Shown: positions 10,351 to 19,028, counted from the first letter of the stretch. The stretch is DNA of 64,000 nucleotides from Tagaea sp. (GCA_965279525.1 CBDIIB010000005.1:1792001-1856000); one strand, 5' to 3'. Program-made: numbers and translations. The notes: generated by a model from the sequence alone, not told the origin.

Positions 10351-10998
10351 GTGACGCCGCCACGCCTCTGGCTGCGCCTGATCCCTGTCGGCCTCGTGCT
10401 GGCGGGGGCGGCCGTCGCGTTCGCGCGGCGCGACGAGATCACGCCGGCGGCGATCGAGGCGGGCATCGGCCTTGTCGGTCCGTGGATGGGACCGGCCTTC
10501 GTGCTCGCCCATGTCGCCACGTCGCTGGTGTCGGTGCCGCGCTGGGCGATGGCGATCGTCGCGGGGCTGCTTTTCGGTCTTGTCGGCGGAACCTTCTGGT
10601 CGCTTGCCGGCACGCTTGCAGGAACGTCGGCAGGTTTCTTCCTCGCGCGATTCGTCAACTCGGGCGCTTTCGTGCCGCACGACCTGCCGCGCGTCGGCCC
10701 GTGGATCGCGCGCGCCGAAGCCGGCGGCTGGCGCACGATCGCACTCGCGCGCCTGCTTCCCGTACCCGGGGCCGCGGTCAATTACGGCTTCGGCCTGTCG
10801 GCGATCGGCTATCGCGACTTCGCGTGTGGCACGGTGCTGGGTTCGGTGCCGGCGGCAATCGTGTTCGCCAATCTGGGGGCGGCCGGCTGGTCCGATCCGG
10901 CGGCCGCACGAATCGAGCTGATCGGGGCGGTGGCGTTGGGCCTGGCGCTGGTGGCGCTGTCCGTGTTGCTGCCACGCTTTCTCGCACGGTCTACATGA
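10351..10998 (+). CDS. VTT-domain (TVP38/TMEM64, DedA-like) membrane protein
   Basis: Multiple TM segments, AGLLFG, RLLPVPGAAVNYGFGLS motif; GTG start. Confidence 0.82.
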   Translation: MTPPRLWLRLIPVGLVLAGAAVAFARRDEITPAAIEAGIGLVGPWMGPAFVLAHVATSLVSVPRWAMAIVAGLLFGLVGGTFWSLAGTLAGTSAGFFLARFVNSGAFVPHDLPRVGPWIARAEAGGWRTIALARLLPVPGAAVNYGFGLSAIGYRDFACGTVLGSVPAAIVFANLGAAGWSDPAAARIELIGAVALGLALVALSVLLPRFLARST

Positions 10999-11591
10999 AG
11001 ACATCCGGCATCGCCGATGCACTCGCCCGTGCGATCGAAGGGCCGCCCGACGGGCGCGTCACGCTCGGCGAACTCGTTGCCCGGCTCGAAGCGCGCGGCT
11101 ACGGCATGCTGCTGTTCCTGTTCTCGGCCCCCAATCTCACGCCGGGACCGAGCATCCCGGGCTTCTCGACGATCTTCGCGGTCCCGCTCGCCGTGATCGC
11201 GGCCCAGATGGTGATGGGCATCGCACATCCGCGCCTGCCCGGGTTCCTCGCACGCCTCGGCATCGGGCGGGCGCGCGCGCAGTCGATCCTGGGCCATCTC
11301 CGACCCATGCTGGCGCGCGTCGAACGGCTGTTCGCAGCACGCTGGCCGGCCTGGTCCGGCCCGTCGGCGCGGCGCTGGATCGGGGTCGTGGCGATCGTGC
11401 AGGCGGTGCTGCTGCTGCTGCCGCTGCCCGTGTTGCCGCTGATCCCGTCGCTGGCCCTCATCGTGCTGTCGCTCGGGCTCGTGGCACATGACGGGCGCGC
11501 GGTCGCCCTCGGCCTCGTGCTCTGCGCCGCGGCGACGGCAGCGTTCGTCGCGGCGCTCGTGCTGGGGGCGGCCGCCTTGGGCCTCGCATAA
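10995..11591 (+). CDS. ExoD-family membrane protein
   Basis: VTLGEL...RGYGMLLFLFSAPN...PGFSTIFAVPL...QM pattern; ATGA overlap with upstream gene. Confidence 0.82.
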   Translation: MKTSGIADALARAIEGPPDGRVTLGELVARLEARGYGMLLFLFSAPNLTPGPSIPGFSTIFAVPLAVIAAQMVMGIAHPRLPGFLARLGIGRARAQSILGHLRPMLARVERLFAARWPAWSGPSARRWIGVVAIVQAVLLLLPLPVLPLIPSLALIVLSLGLVAHDGRAVALGLVLCAAATAAFVAALVLGAAALGLA

Positions 11592-11631
11592 CCGGCGTCG
11601 GGCTTGTAGAATCCGGGCAACCCGAGTCGCG

Positions 11632-12300
11632 ATGCGAATTCTCCATCACCTTCCGCTTTCCCCGTTCTGCCGCAAAGTGCGCGTTGCACTGGGCGAGAAG
11701 CGTCTCGATTTCGAAATGAAGGTCGAGAAGACGTGGGAACGCTCGCCCGTGTTCCTCGCCGTCAATCCCGCCGGCACCGTGCCGGTGCTGATCGAGGAGG
11801 ACGGCACGGCGATCTGCCATTCGCAGGCGATCTGCGAACATCTCGAGCGCGAATATCCCGAGGTCAACCTGATCGGCGAGACGCCCGCCGAGCGCGCCGA
11901 GGTGCGCCGGATCGTCGCGTGGTTCGACGAGAAGTTCGCGCGCGAGGTGACCGACAATCTCTACCGCGAAAAGATGATGAAGCGCTTCCTCGCGACCGCC
12001 GAGCCCAGCTCGCAGGCGATCCGTGCGGGCTACCAGAACATCCGCTATCACCTCGACTACATCGGCTGGCTTGCCGAACGGCGCAAGTTCCTTGCCGGCG
12101 AACGCTTCAGCCTCGCCGATGTCGCGGCGGCGGCGCATATCTCCACGCTCGACTATCTGGGCGATGTGCCGTGGGAGGCCTATCCGCGCGCGCATGAATG
12201 GTACGCGCCGATCAAGAGCCGGCCGTCGTTCCGCCCGCTGCTGGCCGATCACGTCCCCGGCTCGCCGCCGCCGGCGCACTACGCGGATCTGGATTTCTGA
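11632..12300 (+). CDS. fzlA: Glutathione S-transferase-fold protein, FzlA-like (FtsZ-binding)
   Basis: LSPFCRKVR, NPAGTVPVL, SLADVAAAAH, C-terminal KSRPSFRPLL...HYADLDF typical of alphaproteobacterial FzlA. Confidence 0.8.
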   Translation: MRILHHLPLSPFCRKVRVALGEKRLDFEMKVEKTWERSPVFLAVNPAGTVPVLIEEDGTAICHSQAICEHLEREYPEVNLIGETPAERAEVRRIVAWFDEKFAREVTDNLYREKMMKRFLATAEPSSQAIRAGYQNIRYHLDYIGWLAERRKFLAGERFSLADVAAAAHISTLDYLGDVPWEAYPRAHEWYAPIKSRPSFRPLLADHVPGSPPPAHYADLDF

Positions 12301-12359
12301 ACCGCAAATAATATTTACGAAATTGTAGTGCCCGCTTGCTGTAGCGGGTCACTCCTACA

Positions 12360-12383
12360 TCATCCACAACGGGTTGTGGATAA
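12360..12383. promoter_or_regulatory. Pair of inverted DnaA boxes
   Basis: TCATCCACA (12360-12368, one mismatch) and TGTGGATAA (12375-12383, exact reverse complement of TTATCCACA) in an AT-rich intergenic region. Confidence 0.55.
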
Positions 12384-12472
12384 CGCGAATTCTATAGATT
12401 TTATAGTGGGTTGCATCACTTGGCGGCCTGCGGTTTGCTTGATAAATAAGAATTTCAACTTTTGCAGATTGC

Positions 12473-13789
12473 ATGAACGCCACAGCGCAGCTCAGTCCCA
12501 TCGGCCGGAAACTGCCGCCCAAGCTGACCCAGCCCCTGCTGGACCAGATGCTGGACGCGCATGTGCGCTGGCTCACCGGCAAGGCCGGCGGCAAGCGGCT
12601 GGTGCTGAAGTTCTTCGAGGCGAGCCATCTCGATTTCAACGACCGCGACCTGACCGATGCCGAGTTCGTCGGCGGCAGCTTCGTGGAAAGCGACTTCTCG
12701 CGCGCCAAGCTGCACCGCGCCAGCTTCTACGGCGCCGACGTGCGGCGCGCCTATTTCATCGATGCCGACATGACGCGCGTCGATTTCCGCGCGGCGTGCC
12801 TGTCGGGTGCCGATCTCGAAGGGGCGATCCTGCATCGCGCGGACCTGCGCGACGGGGTGATGGTCTCGGCCGGCGACGACGGCCAGCTCGACTACGCCAA
12901 GGCCGCGACGACGACGACCAACGCGTCGGGGGCCCGTTTCGTCGGCGCGCAGATGACCGAGGCGCGCGTGGGCCGGGCCATCGGCAACAAGACCGACCTG
13001 ACGAACTGCAATCTCGCCAACGCGAGTCTCGTCGGCGCCGACCTGACGGGTTCGGACCTGACCGGCACGATCTTCCGCGGCGCCGACCTCACCGAGACGA
13101 ACCTGTCGAACTGCATCCTGGGCGGCGCCACCTTCGCCGAAGCGCGCATGATGCGCACGAACCTCGAAGGCGCCGACCTTGCGGCCGTTTCGCTCGACGG
13201 CGCGTTCATGCAGGAGGTGCGCCTCGCGCACGCCAAGTATCCGGTCGATCCGATCCGCATTGGCTTCGATCTTGCCGCCGCGGTCGCCGATCACGGCAAG
13301 TGGGTCGATACCGAGGGGCGCGAAGGCAAGCAGCTCGATCTCGAAGCTTACGACTTCACCGCCGCCGATCTTTCCAACGCGCGCCTGTCGGCGGCCAAGT
13401 TCGTGCGCTGCACGTTCCGCAAGGCGGAGCTTTCCGGCGCCGATCTCACCTTCGCGAACCTGACGGGCTGCCAGTTCACCAACGCCAACCTGCCCGGCAT
13501 CAAGGCGCGCGGCGCCAATTTCTCGAAGACGAACCTGATGGGGGCCGACCTGCGCGGGGCCGATTTCAGCGCGCTGCCGCTGGCCCCCGGTGCCGCGCGC
13601 GCCACGTGGCCCACGCGCCTTGCCGACTGCCAGGCGACGGGCGCCAATTTCTCGGGCGCCAAGCTCACGGATTCCAACATGCGCCGGGCCATCCTGCGCG
13701 GCGCCGACCTCACCGACGTCGATGCGCGCGGTGCCGACATGGCGCGCGCCGATCTCGTCAAGGCGACGACGACGAACTTCAAGCGCTAG
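12473..13789 (+). CDS. Pentapeptide repeat protein
   Basis: Extensive A(D/N)LXX repeats (GADLEGAILHRADL, GADLTGSDLTG, GADLRGADFS). Confidence 0.92.
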   Translation: MNATAQLSPIGRKLPPKLTQPLLDQMLDAHVRWLTGKAGGKRLVLKFFEASHLDFNDRDLTDAEFVGGSFVESDFSRAKLHRASFYGADVRRAYFIDADMTRVDFRAACLSGADLEGAILHRADLRDGVMVSAGDDGQLDYAKAATTTTNASGARFVGAQMTEARVGRAIGNKTDLTNCNLANASLVGADLTGSDLTGTIFRGADLTETNLSNCILGGATFAEARMMRTNLEGADLAAVSLDGAFMQEVRLAHAKYPVDPIRIGFDLAAAVADHGKWVDTEGREGKQLDLEAYDFTAADLSNARLSAAKFVRCTFRKAELSGADLTFANLTGCQFTNANLPGIKARGANFSKTNLMGADLRGADFSALPLAPGAARATWPTRLADCQATGANFSGAKLTDSNMRRAILRGADLTDVDARGADMARADLVKATTTNFKR

Positions 13790-13822
13790 CCGGCCTCACA
13801 CGTCGGAAGGCCGTCCGGATTT

Positions 13823-14461
13823 TTACTGGCTGACCCACAGGATGCGGTGGCAGAAGACGACGTCCGACACTTCGAGGACGCGTTCGCCGTGCGCCGCGTT
13901 GAGCGAGGTGAGCTCGAGCTTGCGCTGGCCCTTGCGGATCAGCTGCTTTGCCATCACTTCGCCCGTCGTGGTCTTGACCACGCAGCGGTCGCCGCGGCGC
14001 AGGCTGGCCTGCGGCGAGACGACGATCGTGTCGCCGTCGCGGTAGACCGGCTCCATGCTGTCGCCCGCGACCATCAGCGCGTAGGCGTGCGTGTCGGCAA
14101 GCTCGGGGAACAGCAGCTCGTCCCAGCCCGCCCCGGTCGGATAGCCGGCATCGTCGAAGAAGCCCTTCTCGCCGGCCTGCGCGTAGCCGATCACGGGCAC
14201 GCGGCGCATGGCGCCGGCCACGCTCGGCACGGTGCCGATATAGCCGACGAACTCCGACATCGTGGCGCCGGTCGCCTCGAGGATCTTGGAGATGCTCTCG
14301 GTCGACGGCCAGCGCGGGCGGCCGTCGCGCGAGATGCGCTTGGACTTGTTGAAGGTTGTGGGATCGAGGCCGGCGCGGCGCGCCAGTCCCGACGGGGAGA
14401 AGCCATGATCGCCTGCGAGCTGATCGATGGCCTGCCAAACATCTGCGTGACGGAGAATCAT
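13823..14461 (-). CDS. HTH + peptidase S24 (CI/LexA-like) transcriptional repressor
   Basis: N-terminal SPSGLARRAGLDPTTFNKSKR HTH, AQAG cleavage-site-like motif, GDSMEP catalytic Ser, MAKQL catalytic Lys; start at MILRH. Confidence 0.9.
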   Translation of the reverse strand: MILRHADVWQAIDQLAGDHGFSPSGLARRAGLDPTTFNKSKRISRDGRPRWPSTESISKILEATGATMSEFVGYIGTVPSVAGAMRRVPVIGYAQAGEKGFFDDAGYPTGAGWDELLFPELADTHAYALMVAGDSMEPVYRDGDTIVVSPQASLRRGDRCVVKTTTGEVMAKQLIRKGQRKLELTSLNAAHGERVLEVSDVVFCHRILWVSQ

Positions 14462-14572
14462 GTGTGAATTTTTACTCAGGTTGTTGCGGAATGCATTAGG
14501 TATGTAAGCCAAAATATATCTTCAAATGAAAATAAACGCAAGTTTGTATGGATTGCGTCCCTGTCAAAGGAT

Positions 14573-14587
14573 GTTTAGCTTTTGTTC
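14573..14587 (+). promoter_or_regulatory. Possible alphaproteobacterial SOS (LexA) box
   Basis: GTTT-N7-GTTC, one mismatch from GTTC-N7-GTTC, about 20 nt upstream of ATG 14608. Confidence 0.4.
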
Positions 14588-14607
14588 TTTCCATTTCAGG
14601 TAGTGAC

Positions 14608-15075
14608 ATGCGGCGATTCCCAAGGGCGGGCAGGGTGCCGGAAGCGGCAAAGGCGGGTGGTCTTGCCACGGCCGGGGCGCGTGCCCTCGTCGTGTTCCGC
14701 GACCAGACCGAGATCCGCTGGCTCTACGGCCTCCGGCGGGGCTTCCGCCACTGCGCGGTGTGGGTGCGGGCGGGCGATTTCTGGATCGCACAGGAAACCC
14801 TTTCGCATCAGACTTTATTGGGGGTCTGGCCGGCCGGTGACGGGACCGGGCTGGTGGCGGCCCTGCGCGCGTCCGGGCACCGGGTCGTGCGCACGCGCAT
14901 CGCGGCGGCTCCCCGCCGGATCGCCCCGCCGCTGCCGTTCAGCTGTGTGGAATCGGTCAAGCGCGTTCTGGGCATCCACGCCTGGGATGTGCTGACCCCC
15001 TGGCAGCTCTACCGGCATTTGATCCGGGGGCGTTCAAAATCGATATTGACAATTACCCTAACTAGGAATATTTAA
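14608..15075 (+). CDS. Hypothetical protein, possible permuted papain-like (NlpC/P60) enzyme
   Basis: 155 aa; His-before-Cys order: FRHCAV ... FSCVE ... TPWQLY; start uncertain. Confidence 0.55.
   Translation: MRRFPRAGRVPEAAKAGGLATAGARALVVFRDQTEIRWLYGLRRGFRHCAVWVRAGDFWIAQETLSHQTLLGVWPAGDGTGLVAALRASGHRVVRTRIAAAPRRIAPPLPFSCVESVKRVLGIHAWDVLTPWQLYRHLIRGRSKSILTITLTRNI
15046..15074 (+). promoter_or_regulatory. Sigma70-type promoter for portal operon
   Basis: TTGACA (15046-15051)-N17-TATTTA in an AT-rich patch upstream of ATG 15184. Confidence 0.55.
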
Positions 15076-15183
15076 TAAAACAGGCTCGATATTCGGGCAG
15101 TTTCGGGTTTCGAAGGGCGCGATTTCGGGCGCCTTGGAACCGGAAATAGGTTTTAGTGCCAACTTTTTTGCTGGAGATGTCCC

Positions 15184-15399
15184 ATGGGTGGTTTTTTCTC
15201 GGCTCCCTCGATTCCCGCTTCGCCGCCACCGCCGCCGCTCCCCGAGCCGGTCGATACCGACAAGGAAGCGCGCGAGGCGCGCATCAAGGCGCTGATCCGC
15301 CGCCGGCGCGGCCGGGCCGGCCTTGTCGCGACCGGCGATCGCGGCGTGCTGCAGGCCCCGGCCGGCGCCTCGCTGCTGGCGACGAAGCTGGGAGAATGA
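15184..15399 (+). CDS. Small proline-rich/basic virion protein preceding portal (T7 gp6.7/7.3-like position)
   Basis: 71 aa, MGGFFSAP...PPPPP...RRRRGR...LGE; GGAG RBS; ATGA overlap with portal. Confidence 0.7.
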   Translation: MGGFFSAPSIPASPPPPPLPEPVDTDKEAREARIKALIRRRRGRAGLVATGDRGVLQAPAGASLLATKLGE

Positions 15400-16952
15400 C
15401 GATGGCCGATTTCGATCCGCCCACTTTCGATCCGGCCGCCGCCGCCAGCGAAGCGCTTGCCCGCTACCGGCGCGCGCGCCAGTCGCGCGGCAACTGGGAA
15501 GCGGTCTGGCAGGACTGCTACGAGTTCGCGTTGCCCCAGCGCACGCCGTCGGGGACCGGCGGCATCGAGCGGCGCGGCGAGCGGCTGTTCGACGGCACAG
15601 CCGGCGACGCGGCCGAGCAGCTTGCCGCCTCGCTGATGTCGCAGCTCGTGCCGCCCTGGTCGCGCTGGTTCGGCCTGCAGCCGGGCAACGAGGTGCCCGA
15701 GGCGCATCGCACGGCCGTCGGCGAGGTGCTGGAAAAGGCCGCCGCCACGCTGCAGGCGCATTTCGACCGCTCGAACTTCGCCATGGAGATCCACCAGTGT
15801 TTCCTCGACCTCGTCGTCGCCGGCACGGCGATGCTGCAGTTCGAGGAAGCGCCGGCAGGGGCGGACTCCGCGTTCCGCTTCGCGGCCGTGCCGCTGGGAA
15901 GACTGGCGCTCGACGAGACCGCCGAAGGCGCCTTCGACATCGTCTTCCGCACGAGCGAGCTTTCCGCCGAACGGCTGATGGCGCGTTTTCCCGACGCGGC
16001 ACTGCCCGACGCGATCCGGAAAACCGACCCGCGCGGCAGCGCCGAGCGGCGCTTCACGGTCGTCGAATCGCTGCAGGCCGAGCGGCCGGGCTTCCGTTAT
16101 CTCGCCCTGCTCGAGGACGGCACCGACGCGTCCGGCCCCGTCGTGCTAGCGGAGGGGCGTTTCGAGCAGCCGCCGTTCCTCGCCTTCCGCTGGCTCAAGG
16201 CGCCGGGCGAGGTCTATGGCCGCTCGCCCGTGATGAAGGCGCTGCCCGACATCAAGACCGCCAACAAGGTGGTCGAACTCGTGCTGAAGAACGCGTCGAT
16301 CGCGGTCACCGGCATCTGGCAGGCGGACGACGACGGCGTGCTCAACCCCGCGAACATCCGCCTGCAGCCGGGCACGATCATCCCCAAGGCAGTGGGTTCG
16401 GCCGGCCTCACGCCGCTCGAAGCACCCGGGCGCTTCGACGTGTCGAACCTCGTGCTCGACGACCTGCGCAAGCGCATCCGCCATGCGCTTCTCGCCGACC
16501 GTCTCGGGCAGGTCGACAGCCCGACGATGACCGCGACCGAGGTGCTGGAACGTTCGGCGGAGATGTCGCGCATCCTGGGGGCGACCTATGGCCGCCTGCA
16601 GGCCGAACTGCTGACGCCGCTGATCGCGCGCGCCATCGCCATCCTGCGCCGGCGCGGCGAGATCCCGCCCGTGCTGGTCGACGGGCGCACGGTCGAGCTC
16701 CAGTACAAGTCGCCGCTGGCACTCGTGCAAGCGCAGGCCGACGTGCGCAACGCCATGCTGTGGATCACCCAGGCCGCCAGCCTCGGCCCCGAGGCGATGG
16801 CCGTCGTCGATGCCGGGGCCGCCGCACGCTGGATGGCGCGCGCGTTGAGCGTGCCGGCCGATCTCGTCCGTCCGCCGTCCCCTGTTCTGCCGGGGCCTGT
16901 TTCGCCGATGGCGATGCTCGCCCAAGTCCTCACACCCCAACCCCAACAGTGA
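15396..16952 (+). CDS. Head-tail connector / portal protein (T7 gp8-like)
   Basis: 518 aa; W..CYEFALP, LFDGTA...LAASL...PP...WF, GEVYGRSP, MTATEVLER motifs of podoviral portals. Confidence 0.92.
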   Translation: MTMADFDPPTFDPAAAASEALARYRRARQSRGNWEAVWQDCYEFALPQRTPSGTGGIERRGERLFDGTAGDAAEQLAASLMSQLVPPWSRWFGLQPGNEVPEAHRTAVGEVLEKAAATLQAHFDRSNFAMEIHQCFLDLVVAGTAMLQFEEAPAGADSAFRFAAVPLGRLALDETAEGAFDIVFRTSELSAERLMARFPDAALPDAIRKTDPRGSAERRFTVVESLQAERPGFRYLALLEDGTDASGPVVLAEGRFEQPPFLAFRWLKAPGEVYGRSPVMKALPDIKTANKVVELVLKNASIAVTGIWQADDDGVLNPANIRLQPGTIIPKAVGSAGLTPLEAPGRFDVSNLVLDDLRKRIRHALLADRLGQVDSPTMTATEVLERSAEMSRILGATYGRLQAELLTPLIARAIAILRRRGEIPPVLVDGRTVELQYKSPLALVQAQADVRNAMLWITQAASLGPEAMAVVDAGAAARWMARALSVPADLVRPPSPVLPGPVSPMAMLAQVLTPQPQQ

Positions 16953-16963
16953 AAGGAAGAACC

Positions 16964-17686
16964 ATGACCGATACGATCGCGAATTCCCCCGCAACGCCGC
17001 CGCCTTCGCGCCCCGACCACGTGCCCGAGAAATTCTGGGACGTGGAGGGCAACCAGGTGCGCGTCGAGGCGCTGTCGAAATCCTATTCGGAACTCGAGCG
17101 CAAGCTCTCCGGCATGATCCCGGGGCCGAAATCGCCCGAATGGGAGCAGAGCTGGCGCAAGGCGCTGGGCGTGCCCGAAGCGCCCGACGCCTACCGCATC
17201 GCGCCCAAGGACGAACTCGTTTCGGTCGATCCGGAAGTGAACCGCCGCCTGCATGCGGCCGGCTTCACGCCGCAGCAGGCCCAGCTCGTCTACGACCTCG
17301 CGGTCGAGCGGCTCGTCCCGATGGTGCAGGACTATGCCGAGAGCTACCGCACCGAGACCGCGCGCGAGAAGCTCGCGGCCGAGTTCGGCGGCGCGGATCA
17401 ATGGGCCGCACTGGCCCCGCAGATCGCGCGCTGGGGCCAGCAGGCCCTGCCTTCGCATGTCTACGCGGCGCTCGCCGCGTCGCCCGAGGGCGTGCGCGCG
17501 ATGCACCGCATGATGTCGTCGAAGGAACCGGACCTGCGTGGCTTCGGCGGTGCGGCCGCCCCGCTCGACGAGGAAGGCCTGCGCAAGCTGATGTCCGACA
17601 AGCGCTACTGGCGCGACCACGACCCCGCGGTCGTGCGTGCCGTCAGTGAAGGTTTCAAGCGGCTCTACCCGGATCGCGAATCCTGA
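16964..17686 (+). CDS. Capsid assembly scaffolding protein
   Basis: 240 aa between portal and capsid; RPDHVPEKFW...LSKSYSELERKL N-terminus and MSDKRYWRDHDP C-terminus; AGGA RBS. Confidence 0.82.
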   Translation: MTDTIANSPATPPPSRPDHVPEKFWDVEGNQVRVEALSKSYSELERKLSGMIPGPKSPEWEQSWRKALGVPEAPDAYRIAPKDELVSVDPEVNRRLHAAGFTPQQAQLVYDLAVERLVPMVQDYAESYRTETAREKLAAEFGGADQWAALAPQIARWGQQALPSHVYAALAASPEGVRAMHRMMSSKEPDLRGFGGAAAPLDEEGLRKLMSDKRYWRDHDPAVVRAVSEGFKRLYPDRES

Positions 17687-17696
17687 TCCGCAGGGC

Positions 17697-17725
17697 TTGA
17701 CAACAAAACAACCATAGATTATATA
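17697..17725 (+). promoter_or_regulatory. Sigma70-type promoter for major capsid gene
   Basis: TTGACA (17697-17702)-N17-TATATA (17720-17725). Confidence 0.7.
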
Positions 17726-17730
17726 CCGGA

Positions 17731-17926
17731 TCGTTCCGCCCCGCCCTGTGCGCGGGAGAACGGAACGACCCACTTCCTTCCAGCGCCAACGGGACAACCG
17801 GCTTTCCGGCCCCCACGGCACCGCCCGACTTTCCCCCGCGAAACGGGGTCGTGGCTTTCGTGTCCTTTCCGGACGCGGGCGCCTCGGCAACCCTCGCTTG
17901 CGGGTCCCCCGAACCCAACTCGCAAC
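17731..17926 (+). ncRNA. Candidate structured cis-regulatory leader RNA of capsid mRNA
   Basis: Several stems (TCGTTCCG/CGGAACGA, CCGG-CTTT-CCGG, CCCCG-CGAAA-CGGGG, CGTGTCC/GGACGCG) starting at the predicted transcription start. Confidence 0.5.
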
Positions 17927-17936
17927 AGAGGGACCC

Positions 17937-18749
17937 ATGCCCGACATCGACAAGGCTTTCGTCAAGCAATACGAGAACGACGTCCATCTCGCCTTCCAGC
18001 GGATGGGCTCGAAACTGCGCACGAGCGTGCGCTCGAAGAAGAACGTCCAGGGTGCTTCGACCGTCTTCCAGAAAATGGGTCGCGGCGCCGCCACCACCAA
18101 GGCCCGCCACGCGGCCGTGCCCGTGATGAACGTCGACCATGCGACGGTCGAAGTGTTCCTCAAGGATTATTACGCGGGCGAATGGCTCGACGCGCTCGAC
18201 GAGATCAAGGCGCCGAGCGACGAGCGTTCGGCGGTCGTCAATTCCGGCGCCTACGCGCTGGGACGCAAGACCGACGAGCTGATCATCGGCGCACTCCAGA
18301 CCTCGGCGAACTTCGCCGGGGCCGACACCGACGGTCTCACCAAGGCCAAGATCCTGACCGCGTTCGAGATGCTGGGCGCTTCCGACGTGCCCGACGACGG
18401 TGACCGCTTCGCCATCATCGGGTGGAAGCAGTGGAGCGAGCTGCTCGACATCGACGAGTTCGCCAACGCCGACTATGTCGGCGCCGACGATCTCCCGTGG
18501 CAGGGCACGCAGGCCAAGAAGTGGCTCGGCACCTTGTGGATGCCGCATTCGGGCCTGCTCGCCAGCGGCGGCGTGCGCGCGTGCCACTGGTACCACAAGG
18601 CCGCGGTCGGCCACGCGTCGGGCTGCGAGGTGCGCTCGGACGTGTCGTGGCACGGCGACCGCGCGTCGTTCTTCATCAGCAACATGATGAGCCAGGGCGC
18701 CGGCATCATCGATGCCGCCGGCGTCGTGACCCTGCGCTGCAAGGAATAG
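17937..18749 (+). CDS. Major capsid protein
   Basis: 270 aa; FVKQYENDVHLAFQRMGSKLR, DE, AYALGRKTDELII pattern of podoviral capsids; position after scaffold; GAGGGA RBS. Confidence 0.88.
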   Translation: MPDIDKAFVKQYENDVHLAFQRMGSKLRTSVRSKKNVQGASTVFQKMGRGAATTKARHAAVPVMNVDHATVEVFLKDYYAGEWLDALDEIKAPSDERSAVVNSGAYALGRKTDELIIGALQTSANFAGADTDGLTKAKILTAFEMLGASDVPDDGDRFAIIGWKQWSELLDIDEFANADYVGADDLPWQGTQAKKWLGTLWMPHSGLLASGGVRACHWYHKAAVGHASGCEVRSDVSWHGDRASFFISNMMSQGAGIIDAAGVVTLRCKE

Positions 18750-18758
18750 GAGCGAACG

Positions 18759-19028
18759 ATGGCCTTCGAACTCAGGAACCTGTCCGTGCTCGCCTACGCG
18801 AACGGCTTCACGCTGTGGCACTACGCCACGCCGGATGAAGCCGCCGCGGTCGACGATGCGGGCTACTTCAACGCCGCCGCCGACATGCTGCGCGCCGGCG
18901 ACATGATCCTTGCCAACACGGCCACGACGACGGCGCCGCAAAGCGGCGTCTTCGCGGTCGCGACGGTGGCGGCGGGATCGGTCGATGCCGCGAGCCTGAC
19001 ACCGTTCGGCACGTCCAACCCCGACTGA
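18759..19028 (+). CDS. Small conserved-looking protein after capsid (possible decoration/cement protein)
   Basis: 89 aa, AGGAG RBS, LSVLAYANGFTLWHY...GYF...GDMI; function inferred from position only. Confidence 0.6.
   Translation: MAFELRNLSVLAYANGFTLWHYATPDEAAAVDDAGYFNAAADMLRAGDMILANTATTTAPQSGVFAVATVAAGSVDAASLTPFGTSNPD

Noticed and set aside
12301-12472. Chromosomal origin of replication
   Set aside because: Only two DnaA boxes, short region, no typical oriC-flanking genes
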